Of a DNA stretch of 35,920 nt, positions 26,312-33,771 are shown in pieces. The notes below the pieces were generated by a model. That model saw only the letters and a program-made list of their open reading frames with translations, was not told the DNA's origin and ran no database searches. The first letter of the stretch is position 1; the number at the start of each line of letters is the position of its first letter. A program made the position numbers and the translations under genes. Source of the DNA: a virus (lineage: Duplodnaviria > Caudoviricetes); IMG/VR virus record IMGVR_UViG_3300037522_000142, positions 1 through 35,920 of that record, one strand, 5' to 3'.

Positions 26312-26635
26312 TCAGCGTCCAGTCCCGGCCGAGGCATGGAGAGCAGCGACCGAATCCGCCAGGGACCGCATGAGTGTTCGGAGGAGGTCTTGGCGGCCTT
26401 GGAGGATGCGGCCGTCGAAGATGTCGTGATGCGGGCGGCAGAGGCCGACGAGGTTCAGGGGGTTGCGGAGACTCGGGCGACCGCCCATCCCGGACGGTTC
26501 GATATGCGCCTTATCAGCCCAGGGTTCATGGCAGCCGGGAATCAGGCATTCGGTGCCCTGCCGGCGGATGACCGCCTCGATCAACTCGGATTCAGACAGC
26601 TTGGAGGGTGTCAGCGAAATGGGCGCCGCGTCCAT
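26312..26635 (-). CDS. Second HNH-fold nuclease
   Basis: CLIPGC...AHI...GMGG...NLVGLCRPHH; start position uncertain. Confidence 0.75.
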   Translation of the reverse strand: MDAAPISLTPSKLSESELIEAVIRRQGTECLIPGCHEPWADKAHIEPSGMGGRPSLRNPLNLVGLCRPHHDIFDGRILQGRQDLLRTLMRSLADSVAALHASAGTGR

Positions 26636-26765
26636 GATCAGGCCACCTCACATCGATGATCCAACCGTGACGAGTCAACCGGCACCCCGTCACCACACCA
26701 GCGCGGCGATGCCAGCGGGAACCCAGGACCTTGACTCTCATGCCGATAGGAAACGGTGAAGTCAT
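26592..26765 (-). CDS. Small SH3/KOW-like protein
   Basis: MTSPFPIGMRVKV...AGVVTG...IDVRWPD; read by eye. Confidence 0.5.
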   Translation of the reverse strand: MTSPFPIGMRVKVLGSRWHRRAGVVTGCRLTRHGWIIDVRWPDHGRGAHFADTLQAV

Positions 26766-27243
26766 GAGGCGAGGGATCGGGCAGTCTCCGATGACGAAGG
26801 GAAAGGGTTGCTGCTCGCCCTCACCAAAGGGCCAGTCGTTACCTCATGGCCCGGGTCCCGTTCCCCCGCGTCCAGGGGTCTCTCCCGGCCGCTCCGGTCC
26901 CGGCTTTGAATCGGCCGTTTCCACATGGGAGGTCACACCGGGATGATCCAGCGGTACGAGCAGCAGTAGCGGGGGCACGATTCGAACGTGCGGCCTCCGG
27001 AATATGACTCCGGCGCGCTAACCAGACTGCGCCACCCCGCGAAGAACTCCCCAAGCCCCCCAAGCTACGACGAATGCCAGTGCCATACGCCGCCCGATGA
27101 ATCGTTACGAGGTCCTTGGCCCCGGGCACATTCCAGACCCTGTGGGGTCAGCCGGGGGACTCGAGAAGAACACCCGGAGCGAGGAAGACAACCCCGGGAA
27201 CCAGTGAAGGCACCTCAGCGTCCAGACGCACCGGTGCCATCCT
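26766..27243 (-). ncRNA. Candidate structured RNA(s) flanking the tRNA
   Basis: Multiple nested stems and GNRA-like loops; no convincing CDS. Confidence 0.4.
26967..27041 (-). tRNA. tRNA with CAT anticodon (initiator-Met-like, atypical), no encoded CCA
   Basis: Full cloverleaf: acceptor CGCGGGG/CCCCGCT, D arm GCGC/GCGC, anticodon arm CCGGA-GTCATAT-TCCGG, T arm GCACG-TTCGAAT-CGTGC. Confidence 0.9.
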
Positions 27244-27249
27244 CAGGGC

Positions 27250-27278
27250 ACTCTAAATGACACCGATGTCATTTGCAA
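27250..27278 (-). promoter_or_regulatory. Putative late promoter with a palindromic operator
   Basis: TTGCAA-17-TAGAGT; AAATGACA-CCGA-TGTCATTT (27255-27274) spans the spacer. Confidence 0.7.
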
Positions 27279-27347
27279 GCCATTCGACGACGATACCCCA
27301 GGACATCCCTCACAAACCAAGCAGACCGTCAAAATGACGGCCTGAGG

Positions 27348-29036
27348 TCACCCCAGGAACAGGGTCTCAGAGGCGCGCACCGAATCGCCGTCGACGACGA
27401 TCAGGCCGTTGCGGCGGAGCACCCCCAGGTACGTCGAGAACGTCCCACCCGAAACCTCGTAGCCCGCCATCTCGGCCAGCGTCTCCCTCGTCAACTCCCC
27501 CGGATACGCCTCGACCAGAATCCTCAACATGGACCGCTCGCCTTTTCTGAGGGCGGATAGCCAGTGGGCCAGGACCTCCTGGGTGGTCTGTGGGGATGGG
27601 ATCTCTACGCCGAGGTGGTCTAGTCCCTGGTCGGTGATCGTGACTATCCCGTGTTCTTCGGTGGCGAGGCCGTTGCGTTTGAGGACCCCGAGGTAGGTCG
27701 TGAACGTCCCGCCCGACGGTGCATAGCCGGCGAGGGTCCCGAGCTGGGCCCTGGTGACCCGGAACTCGTTGTGTCGGGCCAGGACCTCCAGCATCTTGCG
27801 TTCACCCTTCCGGAGGCGACCGGCCTGGTCGGCTGTCGGCAGTGCGAGCGCGCTCGAAGGCTTGGGTGGCACCCTGGACGGGGCCAGCTTGCTCGTCGGG
27901 TTGCGGCGTATAGCCGTTTTCGTCATCGCCGCGGACACGAGAGCCGTCACCTGCTCAACCCCTGAAGAGATGCTCTCACCGAGATCCCGCAACACTCGGA
28001 GCTCCTCGCCGGTGAACACCGGCACCTCCACGACCCGCTCCTCGACCTTCGCCTCCATCACCGGCGGCTGCTTGCGAGCCTTCGTCAACTCCCGGCGGAG
28101 GCCTGTGATCGTCTTACGCAGCTCCCTCGGGTCCTCAGCCTTCGCCCGCTCGATCGTCGCCGACATCCGGACACGCAGACCCTCCAAATCCACGTCCGCC
28201 AACTTCACCGACCGCGGCTTCGAAGCCCCCGCCTTCGGAGTCGCCGACGAATCGAACGTCTCACGCCGACGAATCTCCACCCTCTTGAACACATCCAGCC
28301 ACCCCGGGGACCACACCCATGCCGTGCCGATCGGCAGCGACGGCAACGAATCCATCACCTCGCGGCGGCGCTCCTGATCTCCGTGCACCTTGATCCACTC
28401 GTCCACCGCGTCCCGATCCTGAGGAGCGATCGTACGCATCGCCACCAGCACCTCAGCCTGAGTCAACACGTCCTTGTTCAACACCGCCGACCGCTGCGTC
28501 ACCAGCGTCACGCCAATCCCCCGGGCCCGGCCCCGACGAACCAGGTCCTCGACCGCGCCCAACATCCTCGCCTGATCCTTCATCGGCCTCTGAGGAGCAA
28601 ACGCGTCCGCTTCATCGAGGATCAGATGCAGCGCCTCCCGATTCCGGTGATACAGCTGCTCCGCGAAGTCCGTCACGAACCGACGCTGCTCACCCTTCCG
28701 GAACTCCGACAAATCGATCACCACCGACGCCCGGTCGTCCACCAGGAAATCTGCCACCACCTGGCCGCCCGTCGATTCCAGAGGAACATCCCCATGACGT
28801 CCCCCCATGATCACAATCGGCAACCCCGCGCTCTTGCCATCCGCCGAGGACCGCAACCCCCACCACACCCCGATCGGGTCCAGGACCGCGACAGGAAGCG
28901 ACGCCTTCACCAGCTCCTCAGCGAACACCGACGCCGTGTAAGTCTTACCCACCCCACGCTTCGCCAGGATCGCGAACGTCTCCGTCACCGCCTCAACAGG
29001 CAACCTCAAATTCGGAGCCAACCGCAGCTGCGTCAC
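27348..29036 (-). CDS. HerA/FtsK-superfamily (DUF87-like) ATPase with tandem C-terminal wHTH
   Basis: AKRGVGKT, LILDEAD, RRGRARG and TQRSA; two LRKGER..L...AGY..SGGTF.TYLGVL.RNGL repeats. Confidence 0.85.
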   Translation of the reverse strand: MTQLRLAPNLRLPVEAVTETFAILAKRGVGKTYTASVFAEELVKASLPVAVLDPIGVWWGLRSSADGKSAGLPIVIMGGRHGDVPLESTGGQVVADFLVDDRASVVIDLSEFRKGEQRRFVTDFAEQLYHRNREALHLILDEADAFAPQRPMKDQARMLGAVEDLVRRGRARGIGVTLVTQRSAVLNKDVLTQAEVLVAMRTIAPQDRDAVDEWIKVHGDQERRREVMDSLPSLPIGTAWVWSPGWLDVFKRVEIRRRETFDSSATPKAGASKPRSVKLADVDLEGLRVRMSATIERAKAEDPRELRKTITGLRRELTKARKQPPVMEAKVEERVVEVPVFTGEELRVLRDLGESISSGVEQVTALVSAAMTKTAIRRNPTSKLAPSRVPPKPSSALALPTADQAGRLRKGERKMLEVLARHNEFRVTRAQLGTLAGYAPSGGTFTTYLGVLKRNGLATEEHGIVTITDQGLDHLGVEIPSPQTTQEVLAHWLSALRKGERSMLRILVEAYPGELTRETLAEMAGYEVSGGTFSTYLGVLRRNGLIVVDGDSVRASETLFLG

Positions 29037-29224
29037 GGTTCCGTCCTGGCACTTTCGTCGATCAGTTGCACTCCCCGCAGAAACGACAACGCCCACTCCG
29101 CCACCCGAGCGAGCACCACTTCCTCGGGGTCCATCTTGTGAGGATCACCACCGACCGCTTCGATCTCGTCATAGTGCCACTTCAGCGCTTCCTCAATCTC
29201 TGCGAGTGTCGGCAGGTCAGCCAT
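29033..29224 (-). CDS. Hypothetical protein
   Basis: Starts within the junction repeat; GTGA overlap with the ATPase. Confidence 0.65.
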   Translation of the reverse strand: MADLPTLAEIEEALKWHYDEIEAVGGDPHKMDPEEVVLARVAEWALSFLRGVQLIDESARTEP

Positions 29225-29241
29225 CACTCGCTCCCCTCAGC
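29217..29241. repeat. 25-bp gene-junction repeat, copy 1
   Basis: TCAGCCATCACTCGCTCCCCTCAGC, identical to 30800-30824. Confidence 0.95.
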
Positions 29242-29482
29242 CAACGCATCAATGGGAATTAGGAAATAGTCGCCGACAGAGACCGCATTGAAATCGACCC
29301 ACCAACCTCGGCCGTGAGCCATCTCCTCCACTATCACCTTCGGCCAGTGGCCTTTGAGAAGTCGCAGCAATAGACTCATCCCCCCATTGAGAGCGGCAAG
29401 GTCGCTAAAAGTGATGTTGTCAAGGTCTTCGACCGCCAGTCAGTTTCCTCGATACTACCTCTAGCCGTTCAAGGTCGCTCAT
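29224..29482 (-). pseudogene. Small gene frameshifted by a 4-bp duplication
   Basis: CAGTCAGT at 29437-29444; removing one copy gives an 84-aa ORF MSDLERLEVVSRKLAVEDL...AEGSE. Confidence 0.55.
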
Positions 29483-29516
29483 CCTTCGCTCCTATCGTGT
29501 CTGATGGCATTTTTTT

Positions 29517-30302
29517 TCATATCGGCGGTTCATCCTTTTCGTCATCAACCATGCACCCGCAGCCGCCGAAATCACTAAGATCAAACAGTTCGGGCGATGC
29601 TTGCGACCGCTCGCGGAACTCGCGCATGGTCAAAGGCTTCGTTACACCACCACGACGGTCCCGCATGATCGCCACATCCTTCCCTGTCCGTTCCCTGAAC
29701 GCTTCCTCTTGTGCTTCGTGTTCGGCATACCGCTCAGGCATGTTGGCAAGCAGAGCGGCGAACTGGCCGTGACCCGCCTTGACACAGAACCCGCCGCAGT
29801 TGTTGTGTGCTGACCACTCATAAAGGCGGGGGATGCGCAAACCTGCTGTCTTGGCCCACGATTCAACTTCTGCCCTGTCGGGATAGGGTGATTCGCACAG
29901 TGGCGCGATTAGGCGGTAAGGCTCCCATCGCGGAGCCGCTCGCTCATATCGGTGGATCTCTGTGAAGTCGATCCCGAGCGCCACCTCCGTATCGGACGGA
30001 TCAAAGTTCGCTTCAATCCACTTACGGGCCAGGTCGCGTTTGAGAATACGAGAACAGATGTCCACCCTGGTGTTCCCAATGAAGTTCTCGTCGGTGAACA
30101 CCTGCCACACATCGCGTCCATCGGCGAGGACATGAAGGGGTGCGCCGATGTTGCCCGCGGCCTGGATGAGCCAGCGGTACAAATCTTCGTCCTCAGTGCG
30201 GGTGTCAGTAAACAACAAGACGAGATCGCGGTCTTGGTCGGCGAGGCGGCGGGCCGCTGCCCATGATCCAAGCCCACCAGAGAACAACACCACTACCTTC
30301 AT
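29517..30302 (-). CDS. PAPS-reductase-like PP-loop protein with a Cys cluster
   Basis: FSGGLGS, FTDT..ED, CSRILK, HNNCGGFCVKAG and C-terminal GGCGC. Confidence 0.85.
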   Translation of the reverse strand: MKVVVLFSGGLGSWAAARRLADQDRDLVLLFTDTRTEDEDLYRWLIQAAGNIGAPLHVLADGRDVWQVFTDENFIGNTRVDICSRILKRDLARKWIEANFDPSDTEVALGIDFTEIHRYERAAPRWEPYRLIAPLCESPYPDRAEVESWAKTAGLRIPRLYEWSAHNNCGGFCVKAGHGQFAALLANMPERYAEHEAQEEAFRERTGKDVAIMRDRRGGVTKPLTMREFRERSQASPELFDLSDFGGCGCMVDDEKDEPPI

Positions 30303-30499
30303 GCGAATTCACAAGTCTCGGTTGTAGCAAGGCAGAGATAGGCGCAAAGACACACACGCCTGTTCTCGCGATTCACAAGGAGCGAGCGGCCCGAGAGGCC
30401 AAGAATCTCATCGCCCACCTGGAGGCGGTGGGTCGTAGACCCCTTGCTGTCTTCCACCCTTACGCTAACCGCGCTGCCTTGGTTCGGTGTCTCACCCAT
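30299..30499 (-). CDS. Small hypothetical protein
   Basis: TGATG and ATGA coupling. Confidence 0.55.
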   Translation of the reverse strand: MGETPNQGSAVSVRVEDSKGSTTHRLQVGDEILGLSGRSLLVNRENRRVCLCAYLCLATTETCEFA

Positions 30500-30807
30500 C
30501 AGTCGCTCCCCCTCGCCGCCATAGGCACCAGAAGAATCTGTCCAGCCACACAGGGGTCTTCATCGTCATATCCAAGACACCGCGACTCGATGGCAACCAT
30601 CCAAGCCCGCATATGTGCGACACAGCCGTCGATGACTGGCCAATCCATACGAGCACCCTCAGGGACAGGGACCAGCACAACAGTTGTCAAAACGCAGCCG
30701 CCCTCGCCTGAGCGATCGCACGCAAGCGGGTCGCCGACGAACACCGGATAGGTCAGGTTCTCGTGAGTTACACACCAGGGCATTGTCGGGTACTTCCTCT
30801 CAGCCAT
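30499..30807 (-). CDS. Protein with a duplicated C-x2-H...C...C module
   Basis: Starts and ends in junction repeats. Confidence 0.65.
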   Translation of the reverse strand: MAERKYPTMPWCVTHENLTYPVFVGDPLACDRSGEGGCVLTTVVLVPVPEGARMDWPVIDGCVAHMRAWMVAIESRCLGYDDEDPCVAGQILLVPMAARGSD

Positions 30808-30824
30808 CACTCGCTCCCCTCAGC
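30800..30824. repeat. 25-bp gene-junction repeat, copy 2 (partial copy at 31069-31086, degenerate copy near 30491-30514)
   Basis: Direct sequence identity. Confidence 0.95.
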
Positions 30825-31076
30825 GAATCGCGAGAAGTCCAGATCGGGTACTTCGATCTCCCAGTCATCGGGTGTGATTGCCACGATTCCCCTGTCCAGA
30901 CGGAGCAACGCCATCTCCTCGTCTGTGTAGTCGGGACCATCGAACCGTCGCTTGCGTGCTGCCAATTGCTCCTCGCGGCTCAGGTTGTGGACACAGTGAC
31001 GATGGTGACGGTGGGGTTCGCCTGCACGCAGGAGGGACACCACCCACGCCAACGGATCGACCTTCATCTCAGCCAT
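30807..31076 (-). CDS. Hypothetical protein
   Basis: MAEMKVDP...FAEGSE, bounded by junction repeats. Confidence 0.65.
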   Translation of the reverse strand: MAEMKVDPLAWVVSLLRAGEPHRHHRHCVHNLSREEQLAARKRRFDGPDYTDEEMALLRLDRGIVAITPDDWEIEVPDLDFSRFAEGSE

Positions 31077-31090
31077 CACTCGCTCCAGTC

Positions 31091-31702
31091 TCATGTGAGT
31101 CGCCACCACCAGCGGCCCAGCTCCTGATACTTCGTCACCAGACGCCTCCCACGCACCTCCCGGCTCGAAGCCCGCTCCAACGTCCGCTCCCGGATCCCAG
31201 CCTCCTCGGCGCGGGTGATGACCAGCGACGCTTCCACCGGACCGCTGCGTAGGGTTTCGGATAGGAAGTCGGACGCGGCGCGGATCGCGGTCTTGCGGTG
31301 GGTGTGGTCGCGGCCGTCGCATCCGCAATGCCCGCAGAGCATCTGCAGCCGGATCCGGGCGCCCTTCGGGTTCTCGAACATCTCCTCCGCCGCGTCGGCC
31401 GCCTCGGCCAGGACCCGGTCGACGAGTTCCTTGCCTTCCCGCCACATCGCCGTCGCCGACCCGGGGGCCGGCCTGTCGAACTGTGACCGGTTGCCACCAC
31501 CCGGGGCAGCCACCGACGACGACGGCGCCGGCCAAGCCGCGTCAGCCAGATGCAGGTAGGCACGCAACAACTTCACCACCGGGTTATGACCCGGATCCAA
31601 CTCGAGGAGCCCCGCCAGACGCGTCTGATTCCCACGCAGCACCCGGTTCGCTTCCTCCAACCGTTCCAGGTCGCGGTGTAGTTCACGGCTCCCCACCCTC
31701 AT
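31091..31702 (-). CDS. Protein with a CxxC motif and C-terminal wHTH (putative regulator)
   Basis: CGHCGC, then A.DFL...L..GPV...AEEAGIRERTLERA...WWWRL. Confidence 0.65.
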   Translation of the reverse strand: MRVGSRELHRDLERLEEANRVLRGNQTRLAGLLELDPGHNPVVKLLRAYLHLADAAWPAPSSSVAAPGGGNRSQFDRPAPGSATAMWREGKELVDRVLAEAADAAEEMFENPKGARIRLQMLCGHCGCDGRDHTHRKTAIRAASDFLSETLRSGPVEASLVITRAEEAGIRERTLERASSREVRGRRLVTKYQELGRWWWRLT

Positions 31703-32070
31703 CAAGCCGCCCCTTTCGACACGTCCGCCAACGGCCGGTACTCGCCCTCCAGCACCATGCACGCCTGGCGCCACGGGACCGCGTCGATCCGTTCCGCCGG
31801 ATCTGGGAGCGCGTTGAACTGCGGGTCCGGTTCCCCGAGCCGTTCGTCGATCACCAGGCGCAGGATGTCCGCCGGGTCGGGACGGAACTTCGAACCGATC
31901 TTCGACCGGAGCCTGGCCACCGCGAACAGCACCGACGCCAGCGTGTAGGGGCGGGTCTGCTCGGCGAGGCCCCGCACCGCCTCCTCCGACCAGGGACCTT
32001 GCGGACCTGACACCCCCGGCCACTCCGCCTCCAACTTGTCAATCACCTCGAGGAACTCGACGCCAGTCAC
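31702..32070 (-). CDS. Helicase loader/inhibitor-like protein
   Basis: Follows the initiator; EFLEVIDKL..EWP...FRPDPADI pattern. Confidence 0.55.
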   Translation of the reverse strand: MTGVEFLEVIDKLEAEWPGVSGPQGPWSEEAVRGLAEQTRPYTLASVLFAVARLRSKIGSKFRPDPADILRLVIDERLGEPDPQFNALPDPAERIDAVPWRQACMVLEGEYRPLADVSKGAA

Positions 32071-32228
32071 GGCTTCCTCCTGTCCTCGTCTGCACCCCAT
32101 GACCCGGTGATATGCGGCATCCCGAGAGCCTCACCTATGGCGAACACGCGGGCGACCCGGTCACCGAACTCGGCTTCCAACCGCATGTAGGCGGCCCACA
32201 CGTTGGGTACAGGTGTGACGGATTTCAT
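32067..32228 (-). CDS. Small hypothetical protein
   Basis: 53 aa, ATGA and GTGA overlaps; read by eye. Confidence 0.55.
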   Translation of the reverse strand: MKSVTPVPNVWAAYMRLEAEFGDRVARVFAIGEALGMPHITGSWGADEDRRKP

Positions 32229-33208
32229 CCCGACACCACCCGCGCCGCTCGGGCGACCGCCTCCTGATGCCGGGTATCGCCGGAAGCAAACCGGTCATCG
32301 GCGGCGTCACCCCACTCGGCCCACTTCGACGCCAGCTCCATCGGAGTCGGCCGGAACCGGCGGGCCCTCGCGAAACGGGAACCACGGCGAATCACCTCGA
32401 GCGGCGACGCGTCGGTACGGCGGATCATCTGCGCCGCTTTGGCGAGACTCGGCCAGTTCTGGTCGGTGATGTCTTTCCGGCGCATCCCGCGGACTTCGAT
32501 GAGGGCGGCTTCGATTAGGTCGAGGGGCCGGGAGTCGGTTCGGGTGTAGATCCACGGCGTGTCGGGCGACTCGACCCAACCGGTCTCCTCGAGTGTGGTT
32601 CGGAGTTGGTCGGGGGGGAGGATCAGGAGCTGCTGCAGGTCGGCGGGTACCGCCAGAGACCGAAGGTCTCGTCTCTTAGGTTCCTTGACTGGTTCCGATA
32701 AAGAGCGCGAATGTCGTGGATGTCCTGATTGGGTGTCGTCGTTGACACCATTAGCTGGTTCCAATCCGGTCACGGTGACCTCATTCAATCCGGTCACCAT
32801 GACCTCATTGGAGGGAGGGGAATCAGGAACTGGTGACACCATTGGGCTCTCAGCCGCCGGTGGCGTAATCAGGTCACGGTGACGCCATTGATGATGCTTC
32901 GGCCACGCCGCCCTCGACGTCCCCGCCGGCAACAACATCCGCCACACCACCACCCGCCCCGTCTGACCCCGACGGTCACCCGTATCCTCAAGCAACCCCC
33001 GCGCCGCGAGACTCGCCAGGGACCGCTGCACCGTCTTCCGGGAGGCACCTGTCGTCTCCTCGAGGTACACCAACCCGGGGAAAGCGCCCTCGCCGTGAGC
33101 GTCCGCCGCGGCGGCGACCGAGATCAGAGTCAGCCTTTCGACCGGGCTCAACGTGCAGCCCTTCACGAACAGGTGGCCGGTGACGAACCCGAGCGCCTCG
33201 AAGCTCAT
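32225..33208 (-). CDS. Replication initiator (N-terminal wHTH)
   Basis: AFPGLVYLEETTGASRKTVQRSLASLAARGLL plus internal iterons. Confidence 0.8.
   Translation of the reverse strand: MSFEALGFVTGHLFVKGCTLSPVERLTLISVAAAADAHGEGAFPGLVYLEETTGASRKTVQRSLASLAARGLLEDTGDRRGQTGRVVVWRMLLPAGTSRAAWPKHHQWRHRDLITPPAAESPMVSPVPDSPPSNEVMVTGLNEVTVTGLEPANGVNDDTQSGHPRHSRSLSEPVKEPKRRDLRSLAVPADLQQLLILPPDQLRTTLEETGWVESPDTPWIYTRTDSRPLDLIEAALIEVRGMRRKDITDQNWPSLAKAAQMIRRTDASPLEVIRRGSRFARARRFRPTPMELASKWAEWGDAADDRFASGDTRHQEAVARAARVVSG
32743..32889. repeat. Iterons / probable replication origin
   Basis: TGAC(A/C/G)(C/T)CATT at 32743, 32776, 32800, 32834 and 32880; a 24-bp tandem repeat at 32762-32809. Confidence 0.75.
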
Positions 33209-33771
33209 GGCTTGTCCTTCTCGAGGAGGTCGGCGAGTTTGATGGCGAAGGCCGCGGCGGCGTTCAGGTCACCGTCGAAGTGACTGGCGAGGCGTTGGAG
33301 CCGGCCGAATGTGGGCCTACGGAACGAGTTGATCATCACCGTGCGGGATGCGGAGCTCGGGCCGTAGACCATGGCCAGCAGCTTGGTTTTCGTTCGCTTC
33401 GTTGGCAGCGTGCCGATCCCGCCGCAGCGAGGGCACAGATCCGGAACAGGGGCCGGGAGGACGAGTGAGGTCTCGATGAAATGCTTCCAGGTCTCCTCCG
33501 CCTGCTCGTGGTTGCTCCGCTCCCCCCGGCCGGCTACGGGGGCCCACTGAGCTCCGTTCCAATGCGAGGAGAACCGGCTGGCCGCCTCCGCCGGGCCGGA
33601 CGGGTGCGGAAGCTCGTCGACCAACACCAACACTCGGATCACGTTGCTCGCGGTCTCCCGGTCGAGCTCCGCCAACGCGCAACCCGTGAACCCGCGCAGG
33701 GACCGCAGGTCGAGTTTGGTTTCGCGGGCGAGTTGTTGGATGCGGCTGAGCTGGTCACCGGAGGCTTTCAT
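33205..33771 (-). CDS. Hypothetical protein with a CPRCGG motif
   Basis: ATGA coupling; GAGGAG RBS. Confidence 0.6.
   Translation of the reverse strand: MKASGDQLSRIQQLARETKLDLRSLRGFTGCALAELDRETASNVIRVLVLVDELPHPSGPAEAASRFSSHWNGAQWAPVAGRGERSNHEQAEETWKHFIETSLVLPAPVPDLCPRCGGIGTLPTKRTKTKLLAMVYGPSSASRTVMINSFRRPTFGRLQRLASHFDGDLNAAAAFAIKLADLLEKDKP

Noticed and set aside
26967-27041. The tRNA as attP or a host boundary
   Set aside because: It is complete, far from the integrase and flanked by phage genes on both sides.
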